Source of the DNA: an uncultured Nitrospiraceae bacterium
Lineage (GTDB): Bacteria > Nitrospirota > UBA9217
Assembly (NCBI GenBank): GCA_964447405.1
Contig: CAYUSP010000003.1
Location: 691,723 to 755,722, forward strand
DNA: 64,000 nt
Direction of reading: 5' to 3'
Shown: positions 27,953 through 36,898 of the stretch, piece after piece
How positions within the stretch are numbered: the first letter of the stretch is position 1
Layout: each line of letters starts with the position of its first letter
Notes under the pieces: generated by a model
Told to the model about the DNA's origin: nothing
The model's input: the letters and a program-made list of their open reading frames with translations, nothing else
Databases searched by the model: none
Translations under genes and position numbers: made by a program

Positions 27953-28665
27953 TCATCCTCCCTTAACATTGATTTTGCCCCGAATTGCTCCGGAACACAA
28001 GGTAACCTCTTTTTTATCTACAACTCAAAATGATGCCGATGCATTATTGCGGTTTATTGGGACAGCACCCCCCCTTTCATCTTTGTATCAAAATTTTGAA
28101 CAAACGAAGGATAGAGACTCAAGTCCACATAGTGAGCTGATGTGCATTTCAAATTTTACTGCATTTCTTGTATTTTTTTTGCGGAATCCCTTGCTGCTGC
28201 TTTTGGGACAACTGATGTATTGCTCAACGCGAACACGTTGGCAATGGTGATATGTAGGTCTGTCAGTGGTTATCATTGATTGATAATTTCATACGAATCT
28301 GCCACTAGCACAAACAACTACAAACAACGAAATGTGAAAACCGGGGAAGACAAAACACGTGATGCAAGCATTCAATGAGCATTTGGAAGCAATTGAAGTA
28401 GGGCAAATATAACAAAGTCGCATAGTCAAGTCAAGACTTTTCTACCTCATTGAAATGGGAATAAAACATGATCAGTTGCAGATTACCGAAACTATAAACT
28501 CGCTGACTTGCTGACGTAGAAAAGATTGCCCGCGCATATAACACCATTCATTCATGAAACAGGTCCCAAAAAGTCTGACGTACCTCAGCTGCGATTTGAT
28601 CAATCAGTCGGACCTGTGGCTAACCAGTCGCCGCCAATTCCCGGGATCATCATTTCAGTTTCCCC

Positions 28666-29313
28666 TTGCCATCACAAATAACTCATGCTATAACGCTCGT
28701 CATGTCAACCTCTCCCTCCTTAGAAGAACAGATAACGATGGCGGGCCTCACATACGGACGCCGCCACGACATCGCATACCGCTCCGGCATGGTGCTCCAG
28801 GTATGCGGTGCTGCCTTGCTCGCTGTGCTGTATCCGCTCGACAGCCCGTTCTATACCATAGGCATCATGCTGTTCGAAGCCGGCGTACTGCTTTCTGCAA
28901 TCTATCTTCTCGTTTGGATGCGCCCGGTCAAGAAGATAATAGTCGGGTCGGTGATCGCAGGGCTCGTTCTTCAAGTAGTCGGTGCCTTCGCGGCCCCGGA
29001 ACAATATGCGGGTCTGGTTCTGCTCTCAGGAATCGGGCTCGTCTGCGCTGGAGCGGCTGGGATGGTCGGCAATGAGGCGTTTTGCTTTGGATACCGTGAA
29101 GGCTGGGTGCTTATGCTGGCTGGATTTCCCGTGATGGTCCTGGCAAATCTGCTGCTCAGAGAGAACCGCATTTTCAATTCGCTGGGTTTCTCCGTTATTT
29201 TTTTACTGCTGCTTTCACTTACAGGCAAGAAGCTAAGGCAGAAATTGCTTTCTTTACCCTCTACAAGCGTTTGCGGGGTGTCGGAGAGGACAGAAGTAAG
29301 AAGTAAGAAGTAA
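28666..29313 (+). CDS. Hypothetical polytopic membrane protein
   Basis: 4-5 predicted TM helices. The start is uncertain (alternatives 28702 or 28738). No family is confidently recognised. Confidence 0.45.
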   Translation: MPSQITHAITLVMSTSPSLEEQITMAGLTYGRRHDIAYRSGMVLQVCGAALLAVLYPLDSPFYTIGIMLFEAGVLLSAIYLLVWMRPVKKIIVGSVIAGLVLQVVGAFAAPEQYAGLVLLSGIGLVCAGAAGMVGNEAFCFGYREGWVLMLAGFPVMVLANLLLRENRIFNSLGFSVIFLLLLSLTGKKLRQKLLSLPSTSVCGVSERTEVRSKK

Positions 29314-29736
29314 GAGAACTACCAAATATAATTCGTCCAACATGAAAAAACATAACTTCAGAAATCTAAAAATCTACCAACGAGCCATAGCATTCGCTGT
29401 GGATATTTACCAGATCAGCAGGAGTTTTCCGCAGGATGAAATTTATGGGCTGACAAGTCAGATACGACGGGCCGCAACTTCAATCCCCCTTAATATTGCC
29501 GAAGGCAGTGGCAGCACATCAGGAAAAGAGTTTAGGCGATTTCTTGAAATTGCTTTACGTTCTGATTATGAGGTATTGGCCTGTCTGGAAATATCATTAC
29601 GATTGAATTACTGCAATCATGCGGTTTTTGAAAAACTGACTCAGGAAGCAAACGAAATAGCATCCATGATAGCTGGATTCTCAAAAAGCCTATAATCTTA
29701 CTTCTTACGTCTTATCTCCTTTTTCTTTCTTCTGTC
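29286..29736. mobile_element. Inverted-repeat-bounded element carrying a four-helix-bundle gene
   Basis: The left arm is gaggacagaagtaagaagtaagaagtaagag (29286-29316). The right arm is cttacttcttacgtcttatctcctttttctttcttctgtc (29697-29736), which ends at the stop codon of the sigma54 response-regulator gene. gtaagaagtaag/cttacttcttac is an exact reverse complement. Confidence 0.6.
29342..29695 (+). CDS. Four-helix-bundle protein (the so-called 23S rRNA intervening-sequence protein family)
   Basis: 117 aa. MKKHNFRNLKIYQRAIAFAVDIYQISRSFPQDEIYGLTSQIRRAATSIPLNIAEGSG... is the hallmark of this family. Confidence 0.85.
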   Translation: MKKHNFRNLKIYQRAIAFAVDIYQISRSFPQDEIYGLTSQIRRAATSIPLNIAEGSGSTSGKEFRRFLEIALRSDYEVLACLEISLRLNYCNHAVFEKLTQEANEIASMIAGFSKSL

Positions 29737-31141
29737 ACTTAAAATCTTCCTTTTTCAAACCATACCGCGCCATCTTTTCATGGAAGTTCTTGATATTGAT
29801 CCCCGCATGACCAGCCGCTTTGGTCATGTTTCCGGCATACATTTTGAGAAGCTGGGTAAAATATTCTGTTTCAAACTGCGCAACGACCTCAGTTTTGATC
29901 ATCCGAAAAGGCGGGATATCGCCTCCTCCGGGGAATGACGCGGTGAACTTTCCTGTTCCTCCCGGACGTTTCAAGTCAAGACGGCTGAGGGTGTCGCCCT
30001 TTTCCATGATCACTGCGCGTTCGATAAGATTCTCCAGTTCGCGCACGTTTCCGGGATAGGAATACCGCAGCAACGCAGTGAGCGCATCCGGTGATATAGA
30101 AGTAATCGTTTTCTGGTTTTTTTCGCAATATTTCCTGAGAAAAAATGAGGCTAAAAGCGGGACATCGTCCATCCGGTCCCGCAATGCGGGCAATTTGATC
30201 GGAACAACATTCAGCCGGTAAAAAAGGTCCTCGCGAAACAACCGTTCACCCATAGCGCGATGAAGATCCTTGTGCGTGGCGGCAATGACCCGTACATCGA
30301 CTTTTACGGGATGATTACCTCCCACGCGTTCGAACTCACGCTCCTGCAGTACGCGCAGGAGCTTCATCTGGACCGGCATGGACATTTCCCCGATCTCGTC
30401 GAGGAACAGCGTACCACCATCCGCCATCTCGAATCTACCGATGCGCTGCCGGATCGCACCGGTAAACGATCCCTTCTCGTGTCCAAACAGTTCACTTTCC
30501 AGGAGGGTCTCGGGAAGGGCTGAACAGCTCACAACGACGAATGGGCGGTCCTTTCTTCTGCTGTTATAGTGGATCGACCGGGCTATGAGCTCTTTGCCTG
30601 TGCCGCTCTCTCCGTGGATCAGCACAGTTGCATCGGTCTCGGCCACTGTACGGATGAGCTGAAATATCCCCTGCATGTGCGGATTTCTTCCCAAAAGATT
30701 GCCAAACTGATAACGCTCCTCCACCTCATGCCTGAGATTTTCCACCTCCCGGAAAAGCCTCCTGCGTTCAACAGCATTTTTTACCTGTTGGCTCAGATCC
30801 TCATATTGTATCGGTTTGGTTAAAAAGCTGTAGGCGCCCTCCTTCATTGCCTTGACAGCCATCTCTATCGTCCCGTAAGCGGTCACGACGATCACCGGAA
30901 TGTCAGTCCTGCCCGGCCCCGGGAAGGCTCCCTTGCGAAGCTTCTCGAGCAGGTCCATACCCGTGATCATCGGCATCTGCTGGTCCACGATAATGACATC
31001 GAAATCGCGGCTCTCAAGGCATCTCAATGCCGAAACGCCGTCTTCCGCCGTCTCTACTTCATAGCCTTCCCTTCTGAGGTTGGCAGACATGACCAGAAGG
31101 ATGTCGGGCTCATCGTCGACTATTAAGAGGGAGCCTTTCAT
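29735..31141 (-). CDS. Sigma54-dependent response regulator (REC + AAA+ sigma54-activator + Fis HTH)
   Basis: 468 aa with a phospho-acceptor Asp in ...DFDVIIVDQQMP..., a GAFTGA-like ...GSFTGA..., an ESELFGHEKG Walker B region, and a C-terminal HTH. Confidence 0.9.
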   Translation of the reverse strand: MKGSLLIVDDEPDILLVMSANLRREGYEVETAEDGVSALRCLESRDFDVIIVDQQMPMITGMDLLEKLRKGAFPGPGRTDIPVIVVTAYGTIEMAVKAMKEGAYSFLTKPIQYEDLSQQVKNAVERRRLFREVENLRHEVEERYQFGNLLGRNPHMQGIFQLIRTVAETDATVLIHGESGTGKELIARSIHYNSRRKDRPFVVVSCSALPETLLESELFGHEKGSFTGAIRQRIGRFEMADGGTLFLDEIGEMSMPVQMKLLRVLQEREFERVGGNHPVKVDVRVIAATHKDLHRAMGERLFREDLFYRLNVVPIKLPALRDRMDDVPLLASFFLRKYCEKNQKTITSISPDALTALLRYSYPGNVRELENLIERAVIMEKGDTLSRLDLKRPGGTGKFTASFPGGGDIPPFRMIKTEVVAQFETEYFTQLLKMYAGNMTKAAGHAGINIKNFHEKMARYGLKKEDFK

Positions 31142-32850
31142 AGGGGGGGGGTCTGATTGAGGACCGTGGAATATGGCTTGTCCGAATGTACTGCTTCTCC
31201 ATGTGCTCCGGGTGCACTGCTCTGCATGCCGGAACAGCAGCGTATAGGAAGCCTCACCAGGATCCGGGTGCCGCCGGACGAGGGTTGATCGATGACGATC
31301 TCACCCTCATGGCTCTTCAAGACCCTCTGGACGATGGTCAGGCCAAGCCCCGTACCTCTGACTTTGGTCGTATAAAAGGACTGGAAGACGCGCTCCCGAT
31401 CCTGCTCGGGAATTCCCGGGCCCGAATCCTGGATGCGAATTTCGACTGCCGGCCGATCCATTGCCTGCGCCGTGGAAACCCGCAGCGTCCCACCCCCGGG
31501 CATTGCTTCCGCGGCATTGCGCAGCAGATTGTGCAGCGCCTGTTCTATCTGCAGCTCATCCGCCTGCAAATGCGGAAGCCCCGGATCAAGGTCGCGCACC
31601 AGCTCGATCTTCTGGGTGCGGAGCTGCTCACCAAGAGCATCAAGCGCCTGATCAAGCACGGTATTGACCTGAAGCGTCGTGAGATTCATGCGGATCGGTT
31701 TGGAAACATAGAGGAGGTCGGAGGCCACCTGGTTAACGCGGACAGCCTGCCGTTTGATCAAGCTCGTGAACTTTTGCAGTGTTTCATCGTTTGCATATTC
31801 CGTGGACAGAAAATGCGCCGCTCCAGTGATCGCGTTCAACGGATTTCTCACTTCGTGGGCCACACGGGCGGCCATCTCTCCCAGCTCTGCGAGGCGGCGC
31901 GACTGTTCGAGCCGCTCTGCGAGCCGGACCTTTTCGGTCACGTCCTTGATGTATTCGACCACCTGAACGACCCGGTTGCCCCGGTCCAGCAGAGGAAACG
32001 AGCTGATCTCGACGACCCGGTCCTCGGCCACGCCGGCGTTTCGGGGGAGTCTCTTCGTGGTCGATGCCGGCAATCCCGTGCGAAACGTCTCCTCGGCAGG
32101 GCAGTCATTGCAGACCGTGGTCCCGAAGGAGCAGGCTTCATGGCACCGCTCGCCGGGTGTGATGCTCCGGGCGAGCAGCGACGTCATTGACTTATTCGCG
32201 GCGGTTATCCTGAAATCACTGTTAATGACCTGGATGCCGTCCGTGATGCCGTCGAACATGGCCACCAGTCTCTTGCGAGCATCGGAGATCTGGTCCTCCA
32301 TCTCCTTTTTTCGCGTAATATCCTCAAGCATGATCACCACGCCGTTTCCGACGGACCAGGCCATTTTGCCGAGGGGATAAACGCTGTAGCTCATGGTCTT
32401 TCGGGGGCCGTGCTTCGACAGCAGATCATATTCGAGGTCAATGGCGGCACCTGCGGCCCAGACCGCATCGGACAAACGCTCCCATAGTGCTCGGAGCGCA
32501 TGGTCATCGAATCCCATGATCTTGCCTATTTCCGCCATATGCTTGCCAACCACCATCACGCGCGGCAAGCCGAATAATTTTTCCGCCGCGGCATTAAAGA
32601 TCCTGATGCCGCCTTCTCCGTCAAGCGAGATGATGCCGGTGGTCACACTGTCGAGCAGGCCTCCCATGTGCAGAAGGAGTTCGTTGTTCCAGCCGGGTGC
32701 AGCCGGGATCGCGGCTCCGGAACGCGCGGGTTGACCGGCCCCACCTCCGAAAGGATCGTTGCCAAGAGGTGTCTTTTTTTCGGTTCGCATGAATGGAAAT
32801 CGCGATTTACTGGTGGGAAGTTTCCTTGTCATGTTTATCCGTCTTGTCAC
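31138..32850 (-). CDS. Cytoplasmic PAS-PAS sensor histidine kinase
   Basis: HisKA H-box ...AARVAHEVRNPLNAI... and HATPase G-boxes are present. The N-terminal start is uncertain because the ORF overlaps the upstream HD-GYP gene. Its stop overlaps the response-regulator start (ATGA). Confidence 0.8.
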   Translation of the reverse strand: MTRRINMTRKLPTSKSRFPFMRTEKKTPLGNDPFGGGAGQPARSGAAIPAAPGWNNELLLHMGGLLDSVTTGIISLDGEGGIRIFNAAAEKLFGLPRVMVVGKHMAEIGKIMGFDDHALRALWERLSDAVWAAGAAIDLEYDLLSKHGPRKTMSYSVYPLGKMAWSVGNGVVIMLEDITRKKEMEDQISDARKRLVAMFDGITDGIQVINSDFRITAANKSMTSLLARSITPGERCHEACSFGTTVCNDCPAEETFRTGLPASTTKRLPRNAGVAEDRVVEISSFPLLDRGNRVVQVVEYIKDVTEKVRLAERLEQSRRLAELGEMAARVAHEVRNPLNAITGAAHFLSTEYANDETLQKFTSLIKRQAVRVNQVASDLLYVSKPIRMNLTTLQVNTVLDQALDALGEQLRTQKIELVRDLDPGLPHLQADELQIEQALHNLLRNAAEAMPGGGTLRVSTAQAMDRPAVEIRIQDSGPGIPEQDRERVFQSFYTTKVRGTGLGLTIVQRVLKSHEGEIVIDQPSSGGTRILVRLPIRCCSGMQSSAPGAHGEAVHSDKPYSTVLNQTPPL

Positions 32851-34339
32851 TGCCCGTCGAGTACTGATGGTAGGAATGCATGCCCAGCTTCAGCAGCCCC
32901 TTCTCGATCAGTTTCCTCGCGGAGTCGGCAACAACAGGATCGAACTGGCCGCCCGACTCCCGCTTGAGTTCAACGAACACTTCCTGGCTCGAAATAGTGC
33001 CGCGATAAGGCCGTTCGGAGATCATGGCATCGATCGTATCGGCAACATTGAGGATCCTCGCAGCGAGGGCGATCGCCTCCCCGGCAAGGCCGCGCGGGTA
33101 CCCCTTCCCGTCATACCGCTCATGATGCTGATAGATCGCATTGATGATAAACGCTGAGAAGCCTATCGGCTCAAGGATCCTGATCCCGTGTGCCGGGTGA
33201 TCCTTCATGATGTCGAATTCTTCCCTGCTGAGCCGTTCCGGTTTGCTGATGATCAATTCGCTGATCCCGATCTTGCCCACATCATGCAGGATGGCGGCGA
33301 TATGGACCTCTTCCAGCTGCGAGGGGCTCATGCCGATGTCCCGCGCGATGGCCACTGCGTATTTCGCAACATTAGTGGAGTGCCACCGCGTGTAGGGATC
33401 CTTCGCTTCCACAGCAGCCACAAGCGCCTGCACGGTGCGGAAATAATTCTCCCGCAGGTTCTCATAAAGAGCGGCGTTTTCCATGGCGGTCACCACCTGG
33501 CTGGACAGGATGAGGACGATCTGGAGGTCGCTCTCCGTGAACGATGGCCCGGAGAGCTTGCTGACGTTCAGTACGCCGAACAGTTTGTTCTTTCCCATGA
33601 GCGGGACCGACATGGAGGAGGCCGGCATGTTCTCCCGGTTAAGGGCGCTCATGACGTCCGCGTCAGGATGCTTGCCGGCCGAGATGATCAGCGGCTTCCG
33701 GTGCTTGAGTACCAGGCCGGACACTCCCTCTCCTTCATGGCGCCTGGCCTTGAGCGCGAGGTCCGTGGAAAGACCGTGGGATGCCCGGATCAGCAGCGTG
33801 CCGCTCGCCTCATCGATCAGCATGAGCGAAACACGGTCCACATGGAATTCCTGCACCAGCACCTCGGTGATGATCTTGAAGAGATGGGCGAGATCGATCT
33901 CGGTGACCAGAAGCTTGCTGATCTCGAACAGGGGAATGAGCGCCTTCAGCCTGATGTTCTCCTTTTGAAGCCGGCTGCGCTTGACTGCGCGGTCGACCGC
34001 TCCCAGCAATTCTTCCTGGGTGAATGGCTTGAGCACGAAACCATCCACGCCGCGCATCAGGGACTCGATCGCCGTGTCAAGGGTGCCATGGCCGGTGATG
34101 AAGATGGTCACGATGTCCAGCTTCATGACCTTGACCCGCTCGAACAGCTCGAGTCCGTCAATGCCCGGCATTCTGATGTCGGTAATCAGCAGGTCCGTAG
34201 CCGCATTCGCAAGCTCATCCAGCGCCGCAGCACCGTTCGATACCGTGGAAACCTGGTACCCCTCGGCCTCAAGGATCAGTTTACAAAGATCTCTGATTGC
34301 ATCTTCATCGTCAACGACAAGGATTTTCTCTCCTGCCAT
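32807..34339 (-). CDS. Response regulator with REC + GAF + HD-GYP (c-di-GMP phosphodiesterase) domains
   Basis: The start is taken at MAGEKILVVDDE. ...HHERYDGKGYPRG... is the HD-GYP signature. The REC Asp is in ...LLITDIRMPG.... Confidence 0.85.
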   Translation of the reverse strand: MAGEKILVVDDEDAIRDLCKLILEAEGYQVSTVSNGAAALDELANAATDLLITDIRMPGIDGLELFERVKVMKLDIVTIFITGHGTLDTAIESLMRGVDGFVLKPFTQEELLGAVDRAVKRSRLQKENIRLKALIPLFEISKLLVTEIDLAHLFKIITEVLVQEFHVDRVSLMLIDEASGTLLIRASHGLSTDLALKARRHEGEGVSGLVLKHRKPLIISAGKHPDADVMSALNRENMPASSMSVPLMGKNKLFGVLNVSKLSGPSFTESDLQIVLILSSQVVTAMENAALYENLRENYFRTVQALVAAVEAKDPYTRWHSTNVAKYAVAIARDIGMSPSQLEEVHIAAILHDVGKIGISELIISKPERLSREEFDIMKDHPAHGIRILEPIGFSAFIINAIYQHHERYDGKGYPRGLAGEAIALAARILNVADTIDAMISERPYRGTISSQEVFVELKRESGGQFDPVVADSARKLIEKGLLKLGMHSYHQYSTGSDKTDKHDKETSHQ

Positions 34340-34502
34340 GCAATAACTCCTGTCCAATAATCCATTGAGTCTATCGAGTCGGGCGGGTCCATGAAGTCAC
34401 TGACACCCTTGACGTCTTAATTGCATGGCATCATGCCCTGCGCTCCTGCCTCGGACTCCCGGGTATTGCCGCTCTCTTACACAACGATCTCGAGGAACTC
34501 TC

Positions 34503-35942
34503 CTACACCGGCAGAATCACCCGAAAAGTGGAACCCTCGCCAACCTTGCTTTCAACTTCAAGCCTGCCGCCGTGATTCTGAACGATCATATAGCTGATGG
34601 AGAGCCCGAGACCGGTCCCGTCTCCATCGGCACGCGTCATGAAAAAAGGATCGAAAATCCTGTCAAGCTGCTCTTCGGGGATGCCGGTGCCTGTATCGAT
34701 GAACTCCACGGTGATATGCTCCTTCCCGGTAAAGTCCGCTGACAGCCGGCTCGTAATCAGCAGGGACCCTCCCTGCGGCATGGCGACAAATGCGTTGCTG
34801 ATGAGATTCACAAATACCTGTTTCATTTCGTCGCTGTCCATCGCCACAAGCGGCAGCCCGGCGGGACAGCTGGTGGTGATCTCTACGTTGCTGATCCGAG
34901 CCTGACCCTTGATCAGCGAAATGGTGTCCTGCACGACGCCGCAGAGGTCGGTTTTGACAAGCTGCGGAGGTTTCCGCCGGGAGAAGTCAAGCAGGCTCTT
35001 CAGAATCTCCCGGGCGCGCAGTGTTTCACGTTCTATGGTCTTTAAGTACGCTTTTTTATCTTCGGGTATGTCGTCCGCCTTCAGCAGCAGCCCGGTATAG
35101 CCCAGCACGCCGGTCAGGGGATTGTTGACTTCATAGGCGATATTAGTAGCCATCTCGCCAATCGCAGCCAGTTTTGCGCTTTGCACCAGCTGCCGCTGTG
35201 AGCGGTGAAGGTTTTGGGTCATCGCATTGAAGGCTTCGCCAAGTTCCTTGAATTCGCTTCCCTGGTCATCGCTGATCTCCACGCGCTGCTGCAAGTCGCC
35301 CCGTGCTATGAGTCGGATCGCAACGAGCAGTTTGCTGAGGCGACGTTCCAGACTATCCGCAAGGTACCATGCAATGATCACCGCAAGAAAGAATCCGAGC
35401 AAGAGGGTGAAATACAGGACGGTCCTGATCTCACGGATGGTGGTAAGGGTATCCTGGGTCTTTTGCTGCAGCCGCACATTTGCGGTAAAGGCCATACCCT
35501 GCGTCATGGTAATGAGTTCCTGCCCCAGTTCATGGGCACGTCGCTCGAACGAGGCGATTCGGGCGGGATTCGCGGACGCCGTTACCAGCCGGCTGATGGC
35601 TGCCTTGTAATCGCCGGCCATATCATGCATGCCCAGCAGACCCTGGGCAAGCTCTGGAGCATGATGACAGCCGAGACAGGAGTCCATAACGTTGTCAAGT
35701 TCCTGGACCTGTGCGATCAGCACGTCCACATCGCCGCCCCTCCGGGTCCTGTTCATATAGATATGGGATTGTACCTGCTGCAGATGGATGATAAGGCTTT
35801 CCCGCAGAATCTCGACCTGATGCAGCTGGATCAGTTTGTCCATGCGCTGCGTCGTCTTGGTGATATAGATCGCGGCGATCACGCTCCCGGTCAGGAAGAT
35901 CGCGATCAGCATGCCAAAGCCAATAAGGATTCTTTTTTTCAT
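34503..35942 (-). CDS. Sensor histidine kinase with a periplasmic domain carrying a c-type heme-binding CXXCH motif, plus HAMP, HisKA and HATPase
   Basis: TM1 is at residues 5-27 and TM2 at about 175-195. CLGCHH sits at residues about 89-94 in the periplasmic segment. H-box ...MATNIAYEVNNPLTGV.... Confidence 0.85.
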   Translation of the reverse strand: MKKRILIGFGMLIAIFLTGSVIAAIYITKTTQRMDKLIQLHQVEILRESLIIHLQQVQSHIYMNRTRRGGDVDVLIAQVQELDNVMDSCLGCHHAPELAQGLLGMHDMAGDYKAAISRLVTASANPARIASFERRAHELGQELITMTQGMAFTANVRLQQKTQDTLTTIREIRTVLYFTLLLGFFLAVIIAWYLADSLERRLSKLLVAIRLIARGDLQQRVEISDDQGSEFKELGEAFNAMTQNLHRSQRQLVQSAKLAAIGEMATNIAYEVNNPLTGVLGYTGLLLKADDIPEDKKAYLKTIERETLRAREILKSLLDFSRRKPPQLVKTDLCGVVQDTISLIKGQARISNVEITTSCPAGLPLVAMDSDEMKQVFVNLISNAFVAMPQGGSLLITSRLSADFTGKEHITVEFIDTGTGIPEEQLDRIFDPFFMTRADGDGTGLGLSISYMIVQNHGGRLEVESKVGEGSTFRVILPV

Positions 35943-35955
35943 GGTATCATGCCGC

Positions 35956-36861
35956 TCATTCGTTCCGATAGTGATATGTTTTCAGATTGATGCCGACTTG
36001 CGATGTGATCTTGTAGAGATATTCAAAGTCCTTGTCGCTCGTCTCGATGAATCCGCGGGCACCGAATCGGCGAAGCGCGTCCCGCCCTTCTTCGTTCTTC
36101 TCCATCTCGACAAGCACCTTGACGAGCGCCTTTTTAATATCAGGATCGAGGTCACTGCGGACCGCCAAACAGTTCTGGGGTACAACGCCCGAGGCCCCAA
36201 TGATCATGAGCTCCTTCTCGATCCGGGGATTCTCCGACATCAACTGGTCGTAGATGGTATTCTTCGCGGCTCCTATGTCCGCTTCCTTGTTCAGCACCGC
36301 CAAAATCGCGGCATCATGGCTGCCGGCGAAAAAGGTCTCCCCCAGATAGGAATGAGGGTCAACAATGCCTTTCTCCCGGAAATACGCGAGCGGAAAGATA
36401 TATCCGGCGGTTGTGGCTCGCTCCACGAAAACAAAACGCTTCCCCTTCATGGAGGACTCACTGCGAATACCGCTGTCCTTGCGGACAAAGATGTACCCGT
36501 GATAAGTGGAAGTCCCGTCCATATTGACCGGCCGCGCGAGCGGTTCCACACCCAGCTGGCTGTGAGCCAGGCCATAGGTGAAACTGCCAAAAAACGCGCC
36601 GTCCATTTTTTCCGCAACAAACCGCTCAATAATGTTTCCGTAGCGGCTCAGACTGGTGAAGTTGACCGTCATGCCTATCCGGTCGGACAGATATTTTCGC
36701 AGGACCATGTAGCGTTCCCGCTGCCGAAATACATTCTGCTCGGGAATCAGCCCGATGAGAAGCTCCTGCTGCCCCAGCGTTTTCTTCTGTTCCGGGGGCG
36801 CTTTTTTATTCTCGCATGCCCCGAACGCGAGGGACACCGCTACCAGGAGGATTGTTGTCAT
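35956..36861 (-). CDS. PhnD/SsuA-like periplasmic substrate-binding lipoprotein
   Basis: The start is taken at MTTILLVAVSLAFGAC, which contains a lipobox. It has an ABC phosphonate-binding-like fold and is sandwiched between two sensor-kinase genes. Confidence 0.65.
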   Translation of the reverse strand: MTTILLVAVSLAFGACENKKAPPEQKKTLGQQELLIGLIPEQNVFRQRERYMVLRKYLSDRIGMTVNFTSLSRYGNIIERFVAEKMDGAFFGSFTYGLAHSQLGVEPLARPVNMDGTSTYHGYIFVRKDSGIRSESSMKGKRFVFVERATTAGYIFPLAYFREKGIVDPHSYLGETFFAGSHDAAILAVLNKEADIGAAKNTIYDQLMSENPRIEKELMIIGASGVVPQNCLAVRSDLDPDIKKALVKVLVEMEKNEEGRDALRRFGARGFIETSDKDFEYLYKITSQVGINLKTYHYRNE

Positions 36862-36898
36862 GCGTTTATACGGTGCCATAAGTCTCCCCTCGCCGGCC

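Noticed and set aside
27627-28250. 207-aa plus-strand ORF spanning the porin 5' end and its leader.
   Set aside because: It is antisense to the porin signal-peptide region, lies within AT-rich non-coding sequence, has a hydrophobic low-complexity translation, and has no RBS.
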